Part shown: one piece after another, positions 8,943-19,017 of the stretch
Position numbering within the stretch: position 1 is the stretch's first letter
Layout of the letters: each line of letters starts with the position of its first letter
NCBI GenBank assembly: GCA_965369655.1
Contig: CBDUQR010000025.1
Span: 1-41,303, forward strand
Reading direction: 5' to 3'
DNA: 41,303 nucleotides
From: an uncultured bacterium
Lineage (GTDB): Bacteria > Zixibacteria > MSB-5A5 > JAABVY01 > JAHJOQ01
Position numbers and translations under genes: made by a program
Notes under the pieces: generated by a model
Database searches by the model: none
The model's input: the letters and a program-made list of their open reading frames with translations, nothing else
What the model was told of the DNA's origin: nothing

Positions 8943-10313
8943 ATGAAATCTCTGGCGAAGAGTATTTTCAAACAGGCATTCCGTTTTGTCGATCCGGCGA
9001 TGGCGTATGGCCGCGAGTACCACGAGATGCGGAAACGTCTGAGCACACTCCGTATCGGATCGCATGACGAACTCGAAGAACTCGAATGCGCGTTCCTGCG
9101 AAGCTTGTTCGCACGAATCAGCCGGGATGTTCCGTATTATCAGCACCTGAAACAGTTCCTGCCCGGATGGGAGAAGCGTGATCCAAAGAAGCTTCTCTTC
9201 GAGTTGCCGCTTGTGACCAAGCAGATGATTCAGGACAATGTCGAGCGGTTCACGCTGCAGTCTATCCCGAAACAGAAACGCCAGTATGTCACTACCGGCG
9301 GATCGACCGCGATACCATTCGGGTTCTACGACGTGAGACGCCGCTCCGAGGCGATCGAGACTGCGTACATACATCACATCTGGAGCCGCGCAGGTTATCA
9401 TCGCACACTAAAGTCTGCGGTTTTTCGCGGTATGGTTGTCAGACGGTCCGACCGCGATCCGCTCTGGCAGTACGATCCATTCAGGCGCGCGATGGTCTAC
9501 TCATCGTATCATCTCCGTGGCGATGATCTCGAACGAATCTACGATCATCTACTCGATTTCGACCCGCCGTTCATTCAGGCGTATCCGTCAGCCGCAAACC
9601 TTCTCGCTGCATATATTGAGGAATCGAGTAAACCGCCGCCGTCAAGTGTGAAGGCGCTGCTACTCGGTTCGGAGAATCTTCCCGCGTGGCAACGCGATCG
9701 AATCGAGAAAGCGTTTGGCGCGAATGTTTACAGTTGGTATGGTCATGCTGAGAAAGCTGTGCTCGCAGCGGAATTACCCGGCAGAACCGAGTTGCATGTG
9801 TTGCCGACATACGGATATATATATCTGTTGTCCGATAGTGATGAGATGATCGTCAAGCCGGGCATTGCAGGTGAGATCATCGCGACAGGTTTCACGAATC
9901 AGGCGACACAGTTCGTCAACTATCGCACTGGCGATATCGGCGTCTGGGCGGACCCGGACAAAGCCGGCATCGATCCGACGTATGGCGTGGCGCGAGTGCT
10001 CGAACGAGTAGAAGGCCGCGTACAGGAGCTTGCCGTGACATCGACAGGACGCAGGATTTCGATGACCGCGATCAGTACCAGCATCTTCGACTCGGTGAAA
10101 CAGTTCCGGTTCGTGCAGAATCGAAAGGGATCTATCCGCATGGAGATCGTCAGGAAGGTGGGCTTCACGACAGACCACGAACTCAGGATCAGGAAAAGCA
10201 TAGAGGGAAAACTCGGCAGCGATATGTCACTGGAGATCACATTTGTCGACAGCCTGCCAAAGGCCGGTTCAGGCAAGACTCGTTTCCTGATTCAGAACAT
10301 TGAACAGGATTGA
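8943..10313 (+). CDS. Phenylacetate-CoA ligase-like / CapK-family adenylate-forming protein
   Basis: LPLVTK, TTGGST P-loop-like motif, QAYPS, YGHAE, YRTGD, VEGR motifs; polysaccharide-gene context. Confidence 0.8.
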   Translation: MKSLAKSIFKQAFRFVDPAMAYGREYHEMRKRLSTLRIGSHDELEELECAFLRSLFARISRDVPYYQHLKQFLPGWEKRDPKKLLFELPLVTKQMIQDNVERFTLQSIPKQKRQYVTTGGSTAIPFGFYDVRRRSEAIETAYIHHIWSRAGYHRTLKSAVFRGMVVRRSDRDPLWQYDPFRRAMVYSSYHLRGDDLERIYDHLLDFDPPFIQAYPSAANLLAAYIEESSKPPPSSVKALLLGSENLPAWQRDRIEKAFGANVYSWYGHAEKAVLAAELPGRTELHVLPTYGYIYLLSDSDEMIVKPGIAGEIIATGFTNQATQFVNYRTGDIGVWADPDKAGIDPTYGVARVLERVEGRVQELAVTSTGRRISMTAISTSIFDSVKQFRFVQNRKGSIRMEIVRKVGFTTDHELRIRKSIEGKLGSDMSLEITFVDSLPKAGSGKTRFLIQNIEQD

Positions 10314-10394
10314 CATATGCATTATCGGCACGGATAGTAACGCGCCGTCTGAGTCACATCAACCAAAACAAGCAGTGATGATGACTCGCGCATG

Positions 10395-11702
10395 TCACTC
10401 ATACCGTCTGAACTTTACCAGCATGAAGCAGGCGAGGTTGATGAACGAGAATGCCCCGACAGTCGCAATTGCGGCACCCATCCCACCATATAGCGGGATG
10501 AGAAGCCAGTTCAGTGTCAGGTCAACGACGAACGCGATACATCCAAGAGAAAAGAGGGTCCGGAACATTTTCCTGCTGATGAGAATGTTCGCCAGAGGAC
10601 TGCAAACCAGCCCGATCCAGACACCGATTGAAAAGATAATCCAGATTGGAAATGCTTCGAGATACCTGCCGCCATTGAGCCACAGGAACAACGGCTCGCC
10701 GAGCAGGTCGAACAGAACGATCGGGATGATGACCCAGATCGAATATTTCAGCCACCGGTTCACAAAACTGATCTGTCTCCCGTAATCCAGCATCTCAGAT
10801 CGTGAGAACTTTGGCCTGAGAACCGCGCTGATCGATGCCAGCGTGAGCATCGCGATACTGTAATAACGAAAGGCAACACCGTAGGTCGCCAGCTCTGACT
10901 CGGTGGTTATATGCGAAAGCATCATGACATCGATCCGCTCGAATGCCGCCAGAGCCAGGAAATATGCTACCAGCCATCCTGACGCGGTCAGGAATCCGCG
11001 CAGTGAGATCGTCTCGTCCGGTACAATGCTCGATTGCGCCTTGCGCAGACTCGCGAAGAGCAGGCCGAGTCCAACCAGCGAATCGACTGCGATCATGCCG
11101 ACAGCGGCGTTGATGAATGTCAGGCTGCCGACTCTCCACAGCGTGACTACCACAGCAAGATTGAGCGCCTGCCGCATCCAAAGTGTCAGGATGTACGGAT
11201 TGAATCTCTCCTCGGCCTGATAGAAGCTTCGCGTTGCATTGATCAGCAGCAGCGACAAGCCGCTCAGAAGCCCGAGAATTACCGGCCATCGATACTCGAT
11301 CTGCCCGAACATGAGCGAGCCGATCTCCGATGCGAACAGGCATCCGACAGCGAGTGCAACGATGTAGATCAGCGACTCGAGCCCGAGAGCTGTTCTGTAG
11401 AGCCCGACCGGCCTGACTCCTGTTTTCGAAAATATCTCCGCTGAGAATCTGACAAGAGCAACGTTGATGCTGTTGCCGAGCAGGTTCGAGAAAAGCAGCG
11501 CTACAGAGTAGAAGGCGACAAACCAGGCGTATTCTTCAACCGACAGAATCCTGATCAGGAGCAGCGCGGAAACCAGCATCATCGCTTTAGAGACGACATC
11601 GCCAAGATATACTTTGGCGATCCTCCTGATTGTAGGGGAACCGCAGATGGTCGACCAGATATGTGATAGCATCATCCCGGCGCGCACTATTGTTCCTCGC
11701 AC
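10395..11702 (-). CDS. Oligosaccharide flippase (Wzx/MOP family)
   Basis: Multi-TM 435-aa protein; LIRILSVEEY, IDVMMLS...LATYGVA, LNWLLIPLYGGMGAAIAT. Start uncertain (GTG 11702 or ATG near 11675). Confidence 0.85.
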   Translation of the reverse strand: MRGTIVRAGMMLSHIWSTICGSPTIRRIAKVYLGDVVSKAMMLVSALLLIRILSVEEYAWFVAFYSVALLFSNLLGNSINVALVRFSAEIFSKTGVRPVGLYRTALGLESLIYIVALAVGCLFASEIGSLMFGQIEYRWPVILGLLSGLSLLLINATRSFYQAEERFNPYILTLWMRQALNLAVVVTLWRVGSLTFINAAVGMIAVDSLVGLGLLFASLRKAQSSIVPDETISLRGFLTASGWLVAYFLALAAFERIDVMMLSHITTESELATYGVAFRYYSIAMLTLASISAVLRPKFSRSEMLDYGRQISFVNRWLKYSIWVIIPIVLFDLLGEPLFLWLNGGRYLEAFPIWIIFSIGVWIGLVCSPLANILISRKMFRTLFSLGCIAFVVDLTLNWLLIPLYGGMGAAIATVGAFSFINLACFMLVKFRRYE

Positions 11703-12781
11703 AGCTTATGGTACAATTGCCAGATTCGATCTCGTCGCGACAACATGAATGGATATCTGAGCAGGGTCCGCGGGTGCAAGAGCCACTTCAATGTCGCAGG
11801 CAGTTGTCCGATTCCGGCGCTGCGAAGACGAGGCATGAAACCATGCTTCAGGTTATTCACGATATAGCTCCGCGACGAATGTCTGAGGTATGCTGTCTTC
11901 ATCGCAAAGCGACTCCGCACTTTGTACTCATCGAGAGCGCGATCAAGCGCAGTGAAATAACCGGACAGCCACGAAGCATCGCAGAGTTTCGGACGGCATT
12001 TCTCATCGATGTAATATGGTATGCGCCTGCAGGTCATAACGCCGTCCGTCAATCTAATCGAAAGCATAAACCCAATACTGCTCAGGCTGGTAGTCTGCTC
12101 TCGTATCTGTCGGAAGTTGAAATTGCCGAGTGAGTATGCGATTGCGTTTTTCGCACTGACCTGCATGCCCTGCGCCGCATGCGAGTGATGACCGACGACA
12201 ATATCCGCGCCGGCATCGCGCCATCGTTCCGCAAGCCTGATCTGTCTGGGTGATGGAAGCAGTACATGCTCTTCGCCCCAATGCACGAACACGATATCGA
12301 TTGCATCGCTCGAAAAGTCTATCGGCAATTTCCGGCGTGACGAGAAAAACGACCGCTGGTAGTCGTCAGGTGAATACTCATATATGCAGTGCAGTCTCAG
12401 GCTATACCCATTGATGTCGAGACTGAGCGGTCGATCCAGAGGTGCGAACCTGATCTCGTTTTTTTGGAGCCACTGCTCGGTGTCTCGGAAGCCGTCCGAA
12501 CCATAGTCAGACATGTGATTGTTCGCCAGCGATACTACAACTCGATCCCGGAACGGTACAAGCCATCGCAAATTATCCGGAGGTGCACTTAAACTGACAG
12601 ACCTTGTCCCGACAGGATTGCTGCGATCTGTGATAGTCGTTTCGAGATTCAGCAGAACCAGATCGTGATTCCGAAAGATTTCGGCGACATCATCGAATGG
12701 CGACTCGTTGTCGCCCGTGCGGAGAAACGTATCTCCCACAAGCAGTATGCTGATATCGTTCGACTCCACCGAGTCCCCCAC
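11687..12781 (-). CDS. CapA/PgsA-family metallophosphoesterase-fold protein
   Basis: VGD, NLET, SLANNHMSDYG, HWGEE, GHHSH, YSLGNF motifs. Confidence 0.88.
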   Translation of the reverse strand: MGDSVESNDISILLVGDTFLRTGDNESPFDDVAEIFRNHDLVLLNLETTITDRSNPVGTRSVSLSAPPDNLRWLVPFRDRVVVSLANNHMSDYGSDGFRDTEQWLQKNEIRFAPLDRPLSLDINGYSLRLHCIYEYSPDDYQRSFFSSRRKLPIDFSSDAIDIVFVHWGEEHVLLPSPRQIRLAERWRDAGADIVVGHHSHAAQGMQVSAKNAIAYSLGNFNFRQIREQTTSLSSIGFMLSIRLTDGVMTCRRIPYYIDEKCRPKLCDASWLSGYFTALDRALDEYKVRSRFAMKTAYLRHSSRSYIVNNLKHGFMPRLRSAGIGQLPATLKWLLHPRTLLRYPFMLSRRDRIWQLYHKLCEEQ

Positions 12782-12939
12782 TCATGGTTGCAACTCGCAG
12801 GCGCTGATGACACCTCGATTATACAAAGTTCTTGTCATTGGAACACCAGTTTATTGAGAAGTACAGCGGTTCCAACGAGCATCAGAGTATAGAAGATACT
12901 GCCTGTCGAATCCGCAGGTGGTTCGATCAACACAACTGT

Positions 12940-12968
12940 TTGACAAAGCGGCGCGCCCGCCGTATTTT
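12940..12968 (+). promoter_or_regulatory. Sigma70-type promoter for tRNA-Ser
   Basis: TTGACA (12940-45), 17-nt spacer, TATTTT (12963-68), 16 nt upstream of the tRNA. Confidence 0.6.
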
Positions 12969-12984
12969 CCTGACGATCACAGTC

Positions 12985-13069
12985 GGAGGAGTGGCTGAGT
13001 GGTCGAAAGCGGCGGTCTTGAAAACCGTTGTACCGAAAGGTACCGTGGGTTCGAATCCTACCTCCTCCG
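12985..13069 (+). tRNA. tRNA-Ser (anticodon UGA), CCA not encoded
   Basis: Acceptor GGAGGAG/CTCCTCC plus G discriminator; anticodon arm GCGGT-CTTGAAA-ACCGT; long variable arm GTACC-GAAA-GGTAC; T-arm GTGGG-TTCGAAT-CCTAC. Confidence 0.97.
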
Positions 13070-13124
13070 TTTTTAGAACGCGTTGGAGCGAATGCGAGAG
13101 CTTAACCAAGGATACTTGAAAAAG

Positions 13125-15689
13125 ATGCCAATCTCGAAACCTCACAACTCCGAGCCATTCACAACAGCTGGTAACAAAACTGACCATATCGATGTCAAGA
13201 TTAGTCTCCGGATTATACAACTGTTTTCTGAAGGCCTCTATTCCAGCTCCAATAAGGCTATGGAAGAACTCATCTCCAATTCATTCGATGCTGGCGCGGA
13301 AAACGTCCACATCATCCTTTCCCCAGACCTCCGCGATCCAGATGCAACCATTGTGGTCATTGATGACGGGGAAGGAATGAACGCTGATGGCCTCAAGAAG
13401 CATTGGATCATTGGCGAAAGCACAAGGCGCAGGAGCAATGGCTCTTCCAGACGCAAGCCCATCGGGAAATTCGGTATCGGCAAGTTGTCCACATATGTAC
13501 TGGCTAAGAAACTAACCCATATCTGCAAGTCTGGTAATACTTACTTCGCCGCGACAATGGACTACTCGGGTCTAGTCGGCAGCGCCTCGGATATCTCAGA
13601 GGGAGTTTTCGCGGATCAGACAATCGAAATACCGCTACGAACGCTCACGGAAGAAGAAACGCGGAATGCAGTGGAACGATGGATCGATAGAGAAAAGGAC
13701 GGCTACCAAGCGCTTAGGCTGTTCGGAGCCGATGCGTCTGATTCGTGGACTGTAGCCATCATGTCTGGACTGAAAAACATGGGAAAAGAAGTCAAAATCG
13801 GTCGCCTCAAGTGGGTCTTGAGAACAGCCATGCCCCAACGTAGCGACTTTCACCTCTTTCTCGATGGAGATCCCATAACTCCTCCCAAAATGGATGAGCC
13901 TTTGGCAAAATTGGTGATAGGCAAAGACGTAATCAAGATGTCATCTCCTTGCCCGAAAGGTTTGATTGCGCGGGAGGACCTAAGCAAGCCAGAAGATTCT
14001 GTTCACCGACACGGTGTTTATCATGATGAGCTGTTGGGGCGCATTTCAGGGTATATTGAGATATACACGGATGAACTGGATAGAGGCAAAGAAAAATTCG
14101 GACATAGCAACGGTTTCTTTGTCTATGTCCATGGGCGATTAGTAAATGTGGATGATAACGGCTTCGGAATACCACGTAGCAAGCTACGGCATGGCACATT
14201 CTCCAGGTTCAGGATGGTTGTTCATATAGATAGTTTGGACGAGGTGCTTAGATCTTCTCGCGAATCATTTCAACAGGGCGAACTGTATACAGCCGTGCAG
14301 AATTTCCTCCATTCCAGCTTTAATCTTGTCCGCAATAAGCTCGTGGCGCACGACCGGACACAAACACCAGCCGCTCGGATTTCTGCCAGTATCTCCTCTG
14401 CACCCGGGAGTATGACGCGAAGGCCGTTGCTTTCGCTCGCTCGCATGGTCGCCGAGAACAGAGCCACGCCTTTCTATCTGCGTTTCCCTTCCGGGCTTTC
14501 TGATAAGGCGTGGGTTGAATTCCTGAAGACATTAAAGCAACAATCAGAAGCAGCGGATGGTTTGCTTCGCTCCACGGAATTGAGCGCTCTGGATTCGAAG
14601 GAAGGTTTGGCGATATTCGACGTTCAGCAGGGCAAGTTGCTCATCAATTCTTCCCATCCGTTTGTCGCTGCGTTTCAAGAGTATTTCGCCGATGCCCGAA
14701 AGAGTCTTCCGCTCGAAATGCTTGCGATGTCTGAGATTCTCATGGAGGCTCATTTGTATCACATGGGATTGGACGAAAGTGTGATTCGCGACGTGATCAG
14801 CAGACGCGATGAATTGCTCAGGCAGTTCGTGAGATCATCCGCACGTCGGACTGCCGGAATGATCGCTCTCGCCCTTACCGAAGCTCGGGACAATGAAAAC
14901 AGATTGGAAGAGGAAATGCGTGCAGCTCTTGAGGCTATGGGTTTTTCCGATGTGATCCGCATTGGTGGGAGCGGCAAGCCTGATGGGACTGCGGAAGCGC
15001 CGCTGGCGGCTGCAGAGGATGGAACTGTTCAAAAATACAAGGTTGGGCTTGAGGCCAAGAGCGGCGGGACTGTATCTGCTAAGCGATTGGGTGTTTCGGG
15101 AATGGCAAGGCATATGAAGGCTTATAGTTGCGATCACCATCTGGTGATTGGAAACAGCTTCGCCACTTCAACAGGTAAAGACTCTGCTTCAGTGCAAGAG
15201 ATAAAAGCACACAAGGAGAGTACCGGAAAGACCATAACGCTGATGTACATTGAAGATTTGGCGCGCTTAATTCGAATTACTTCCGCCAAGCGTGTTGGTG
15301 GACTGCGTCGTTTACGCGAACTCCTTAAGGACTGTGTTACACCAGAAGAAAGCAAACGATGGGTCGATGAACTCGAATCTGAAACGCCCGAAAACTGGCC
15401 ATACAGGGAGATACTCGATACAATTTGGGAGCGCGCAAGAAAACGTCCCGATACGGTGATTGAATATTCCGCAGTCCAGACAGCCTTGGAGTACCGCAAT
15501 CCTCCAATCAATATATCGAAAGAGGACTTGATCAATTGTTGTCGCTCCATGCAGGTAATGGCGCGCGGAGATGTATTCGCTCGGGAGAACACAGTAGAAA
15601 TTGACCGACGCCCAGACCTGATATTGGAAGACATCAAGGCCGCAGTTGATGAATACCCCGAAGAGGAAAGAAGAACGATTCATATATGA
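13125..15689 (+). CDS. GHKL (HSP90/MutL/MORC-like) ATPase fused to a C-terminal PD-(D/E)xK restriction-endonuclease-like domain
   Basis: ELISNSFDA (N-box), DDGEGM, GKFGIG; C-terminal GGSGKPDG...VGLEAKS. ATG 13125 preferred over TTG 13083. Confidence 0.8.
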   Translation: MPISKPHNSEPFTTAGNKTDHIDVKISLRIIQLFSEGLYSSSNKAMEELISNSFDAGAENVHIILSPDLRDPDATIVVIDDGEGMNADGLKKHWIIGESTRRRSNGSSRRKPIGKFGIGKLSTYVLAKKLTHICKSGNTYFAATMDYSGLVGSASDISEGVFADQTIEIPLRTLTEEETRNAVERWIDREKDGYQALRLFGADASDSWTVAIMSGLKNMGKEVKIGRLKWVLRTAMPQRSDFHLFLDGDPITPPKMDEPLAKLVIGKDVIKMSSPCPKGLIAREDLSKPEDSVHRHGVYHDELLGRISGYIEIYTDELDRGKEKFGHSNGFFVYVHGRLVNVDDNGFGIPRSKLRHGTFSRFRMVVHIDSLDEVLRSSRESFQQGELYTAVQNFLHSSFNLVRNKLVAHDRTQTPAARISASISSAPGSMTRRPLLSLARMVAENRATPFYLRFPSGLSDKAWVEFLKTLKQQSEAADGLLRSTELSALDSKEGLAIFDVQQGKLLINSSHPFVAAFQEYFADARKSLPLEMLAMSEILMEAHLYHMGLDESVIRDVISRRDELLRQFVRSSARRTAGMIALALTEARDNENRLEEEMRAALEAMGFSDVIRIGGSGKPDGTAEAPLAAAEDGTVQKYKVGLEAKSGGTVSAKRLGVSGMARHMKAYSCDHHLVIGNSFATSTGKDSASVQEIKAHKESTGKTITLMYIEDLARLIRITSAKRVGGLRRLRELLKDCVTPEESKRWVDELESETPENWPYREILDTIWERARKRPDTVIEYSAVQTALEYRNPPINISKEDLINCCRSMQVMARGDVFARENTVEIDRRPDLILEDIKAAVDEYPEEERRTIHI

Positions 15690-16903
15690 TTTCAGCGACA
15701 CAAAAAGCCCAGATTCGCCCCGTTCATCCTTTTCCGGCACGGATGGCGCCTTCGATCGTGTGGGACGCTCTTCCGAAGACAGGCAATCCTTTGAGCATAC
15801 TCGACCCTATGGCTGGCTCTGGAACGACATTGGTCTGCGCAAAGTCGAGGGGTCATCGCGCCATTGGGTGCGACACGGATCCGCTTGCTCTTCTCATTGC
15901 GCGAGCATGGTGCGCTGATGCTGAACCCGAAAACGTCAAGCGTCGAGCGGGGCTTGTCTTGGAGCGAGCAAGGATACTTCGCGACCGTTTGACATACGAG
16001 GAATCGTATCTCAAGAACGCAGACGGCGAAACTCGTCAGTTCATCGATTTCTGGTTTGATCCGGAAAACCGCCGCCAATTGAGTGCGCTGTCAACCTGCA
16101 TCTCAAAGGTGCGATCGCAGGAAGAGAGAACTCTTCTTTGGTGCGCGTTCTCGCGCATGATTATTACCAAATCCTCCGGCGCTTCTCTTGCGATGGATGT
16201 TTCACATAGCCGCCCCCATAGAGTTTATGACGTTGCTCCGGTGAAACCGTTTGAAACCTTTCTCAAAGCTGCCTCAAAGGTGGCCTGCAATTGCCCTTTT
16301 GCAGGCAATGCGAATAATGCACCGCCCGCCGACATTCGGCATGGCGACGCCAGAGCTTTGCCGGTAAAGTCTGAGAGTGTGGATATGGTGATTACCTCTC
16401 CTCCCTACCTGAACGCCATCGACTACCTTCGTGGGCATAAACTTTCCCTCGTATGGATGGGGCACAGCATATCCGAGATACGCTCGCTTCGGTCTGGCAA
16501 CATTGGCACGGAAGTCTCAATACACTCTACTTCAAATGATGCAGTGCACGAAGTGATGAAAGCCATGGCCGATATCGAATCCCTTGACAGTCGCCACCAG
16601 GGCATGGTCAGGCGTTATGTCTGGGATATGCAGAAAGTAATGAAGGAATGTGCGCGAGTGCTCAAGAGTAAGGGGCGTGCTGTTTTTGTTGTGGGCGACT
16701 CCGCCATTCGCGGTGTATTCGTGAAGAACTCGGAGGCCTTGGCTTGGCTGGCCGAAAGCAACGGACTTTCCCTCGTTTCGCGCGACACGCGTCCAATTGA
16801 AACAAAGCGGCGATACTTGCCCTCTCCAGAGTTGGAAGGGGCGGGAGGGAAGATGCAGGGCCGAATGAGAGAAGAAGTTATACTTCAATACGCAAAAGGT
16901 TAG
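15686..16903 (+). CDS. Amino-DNA methyltransferase (SPPY, likely N4-cytosine)
   Basis: HPFPARM, DPMAGSGTT (motif I) N-terminal to DMVITSPPY (motif IV); 4-nt ATGA overlap with the upstream gene. Confidence 0.85.
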   Translation: MISATQKAQIRPVHPFPARMAPSIVWDALPKTGNPLSILDPMAGSGTTLVCAKSRGHRAIGCDTDPLALLIARAWCADAEPENVKRRAGLVLERARILRDRLTYEESYLKNADGETRQFIDFWFDPENRRQLSALSTCISKVRSQEERTLLWCAFSRMIITKSSGASLAMDVSHSRPHRVYDVAPVKPFETFLKAASKVACNCPFAGNANNAPPADIRHGDARALPVKSESVDMVITSPPYLNAIDYLRGHKLSLVWMGHSISEIRSLRSGNIGTEVSIHSTSNDAVHEVMKAMADIESLDSRHQGMVRRYVWDMQKVMKECARVLKSKGRAVFVVGDSAIRGVFVKNSEALAWLAESNGLSLVSRDTRPIETKRRYLPSPELEGAGGKMQGRMREEVILQYAKG

Positions 16904-16954
16904 ACATACGCGGCCTCGGAACTCGGCATCGTGTTCTACAGTCGAGTAGGGCAA

Positions 16955-17028
16955 TCAAGTAGTCAAGCAGCTTATAAGTGTCCCACTCCTGCGTAGCAAA
17001 TAGCAGGTGTCGGGGACACCTGCCCTAC
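16955..17028 (+). repeat. REPIN copy A (left arm disrupted)
   Basis: TCAAGTAG-[TCAAGCAGCTTATA]-AGTGTCCCACTCCTGCG-TAGCAAATA-GCAGGTGTCGGGGACACCTGC-CCTAC. Confidence 0.85.
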
Positions 17029-17234
17029 CGGACTATTACACAGTTCGAGGAGCTTGTTTGTTCAAAAGAGAAAACTTCTTGCCATTAGTTATTTAGTAGC
17101 ATTCGTTGATAGAAAAGTGTTCTATAATATCATGTTGGTCTTTAGTTCAATAGAGATAGACAGTCCCAGAATCGGCGATGCAGCTGCACCCCTTACGGCG
17201 AGACAGTAAATGGCAAATAGAAAGGAGTCAGACA

Positions 17235-17348
17235 ATGGGAGACAAGGGCGGAAAAAAGGATAAGAACAAGGGTCAGAAACAGAAGAAAAGTAAACAGGAA
17301 AAGAAAGAGAAAAAGAAGCGGGATAAGCAACCGAAGGGCACTCCGTAA
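17235..17348 (+). CDS. Lys-rich small protein 1 (37 aa, MGDKGGKKDKNKGQKQKKSKQEKKEKKKRDKQPKGTP)
   Basis: Below the ORF-track cutoff; AAAGGAG RBS before ATG 17235; paralogous to 19018-19125. Confidence 0.7.
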   Translation: MGDKGGKKDKNKGQKQKKSKQEKKEKKKRDKQPKGTP

Positions 17349-17541
17349 GAGGAACCAGGATTCCGTAATGCTCCCCATTTTACACGCGGTTCCTAAGAGA
17401 GTCCTCGTGGCCAGGTTATAGGTTTCTTTGAATTGGTTCGGTGTCGGTTAATTCAATCCCAACCGATTATCTTCCGATATTCATGATTCTTTGATTCGAT
17501 TTCCAACTTTGAAATCACTATAACACTTGCTTTCTTCTATT

Positions 17542-18711
17542 ATGTTTGCCAATACGAAAAAAGACAAACAACATTTCCGGATGGTTGCCAAAACCATATA
17601 CGGTTTAGAAGAGCTTCTATCCAGGGAATTGACTGATTTGGGAGCTCACAATGTGAGGATGATGAACCGGGCGGTTGAATTCTACGGTGATAAGCAATTG
17701 ATGTATGAGGCGAATCTGTGGTGCCGCACGGCTACCAGGATTCTGAAGCCAATACTCAATTTCAAGACCGCTGATGAAGAAGAGTTATATCGTAGAGTTC
17801 TGAACATTGAATGGGGGGAATATCTCGGTTTAGATCAAACATTTGTTGTTGATGCTGTCATTAGTGAATCCAAATTCAGGAATTCCCTGTATGTGGTTCA
17901 AAAAGTCAAAGATGCCATTGTTGACCGTTTTCGAAAAGAGACCGGACAGAGACCATCGGTTGACTTGAAAAATCCGGACATCAGAGTAAATATATACATA
18001 TATCAAAATGAATGCACTCTCGCTATCGACTCATCAGGGGAACCTCTTTTTAAGCGGGGGTACCGAAGTAAGGCCGGAAAAGCACCCTTAAATGAAGTTC
18101 TTGCCGCCGGGATCGTGCTACAATCTGAATGGGATAGAACCAGTTCGTTTGTTGACGCCATGTGCGGCTCAGGAACCATTGTTATCGAGGCAGCCTTGTT
18201 AGCTCGGAACATCGCCCCAGGATTGACCAGGAAAGTATATGGATTTATGAACTGGCCGGATTATGACATAGATCTTTTCAAGATGATTTATGAAAAAGCT
18301 CGCAAGGAAGTCATCCCAAAGCTGAACTTCGCAATTGTCGGATCTGATATAAACTCAATACAGATTCAGGAAGCATCCGAAAACGCCAACCAGGCCGGGA
18401 TTGGCAACGATGTTATCTTTAAACAGAGTGATATCATTGATTTGGTTCCCCCGCCGCCGCCGGGTGTTGTGATTATCAATCCTCCATATGGTGAACGACT
18501 TTCAGTTAATGACATAAATAATTCTTATCACTCCATTGGAGATGCATTCAAGCAAAGCTTTACTAACTATAATGCTTATGTCTTTACCGGGAATTCAGCC
18601 GCAGCAAAACATATTGGCCTGAGGACGTCAAGACGGATAGAGATGTATAACGGGCCGATTGAATGCAGGCTGTTGAAATTTGAGATGTATAATGGCAACC
18701 GCAAGAGTTAA
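17542..18711 (+). CDS. THUMP-domain class I SAM-dependent RNA methyltransferase (RlmL/YpsC-like)
   Basis: GLEELL, KVKDAIVD, DSSGEPLFKRGYR, APLNEVLAA, DAMCGSGT, NPPYGERL. Start uncertain (17527/17542/17581). Confidence 0.9.
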   Translation: MFANTKKDKQHFRMVAKTIYGLEELLSRELTDLGAHNVRMMNRAVEFYGDKQLMYEANLWCRTATRILKPILNFKTADEEELYRRVLNIEWGEYLGLDQTFVVDAVISESKFRNSLYVVQKVKDAIVDRFRKETGQRPSVDLKNPDIRVNIYIYQNECTLAIDSSGEPLFKRGYRSKAGKAPLNEVLAAGIVLQSEWDRTSSFVDAMCGSGTIVIEAALLARNIAPGLTRKVYGFMNWPDYDIDLFKMIYEKARKEVIPKLNFAIVGSDINSIQIQEASENANQAGIGNDVIFKQSDIIDLVPPPPPGVVIINPPYGERLSVNDINNSYHSIGDAFKQSFTNYNAYVFTGNSAAAKHIGLRTSRRIEMYNGPIECRLLKFEMYNGNRKS

Positions 18712-18896
18712 TCACCACCTCACCGTGACGACAAAGCCACCTAAAGGGTTCTGCCTTTTCTCCTGAGACCTTTGGCAGGGAGGCCAGGGTTGATACGTCC
18801 TTATGGGCCGAGCCTGAACACCATCTGGAAAGTTCTGTGTATTGAATAGTCAACCCCGCCATAGATATTGACCCCGTTGATCGCTGGGGTTTTCTC

Positions 18897-18925
18897 TTGC
18901 CCTTCGCAAACACCGCTGTTATATT
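18897..18925 (+). promoter_or_regulatory. Putative sigma70 promoter upstream of Lys-rich small protein 2
   Basis: TTGCCC, 17 nt, TATATT with extended TG. Confidence 0.35.
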
Positions 18926-19017
18926 CTATCATCGGAGAGCGGCTTTGTCTATATATCAGAACAAAAATAGATACACCATGATCGGCGTTGGCCAATTTTA
19001 GACAGGGAGAAACAGAC

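Noticed and set aside
8091-8946. Several 60-150 aa ORFs in the repeat field
   Set aside because: Overlapping on both strands, made of palindromic repeat sequence, with no recognisable motifs or RBS.
12832-13220. ORFs 12832-13119 (+) and 12927-13220 (-)
   Set aside because: They are translations across the tRNA-Ser gene.
18720-18900. Possible IS200/IS605 omega-RNA remnant or macrodomain fragment (GGVDYSIHR) on the minus strand
   Set aside because: Only a few matching residues or bases; no IscB/TnpB gene or extended similarity.
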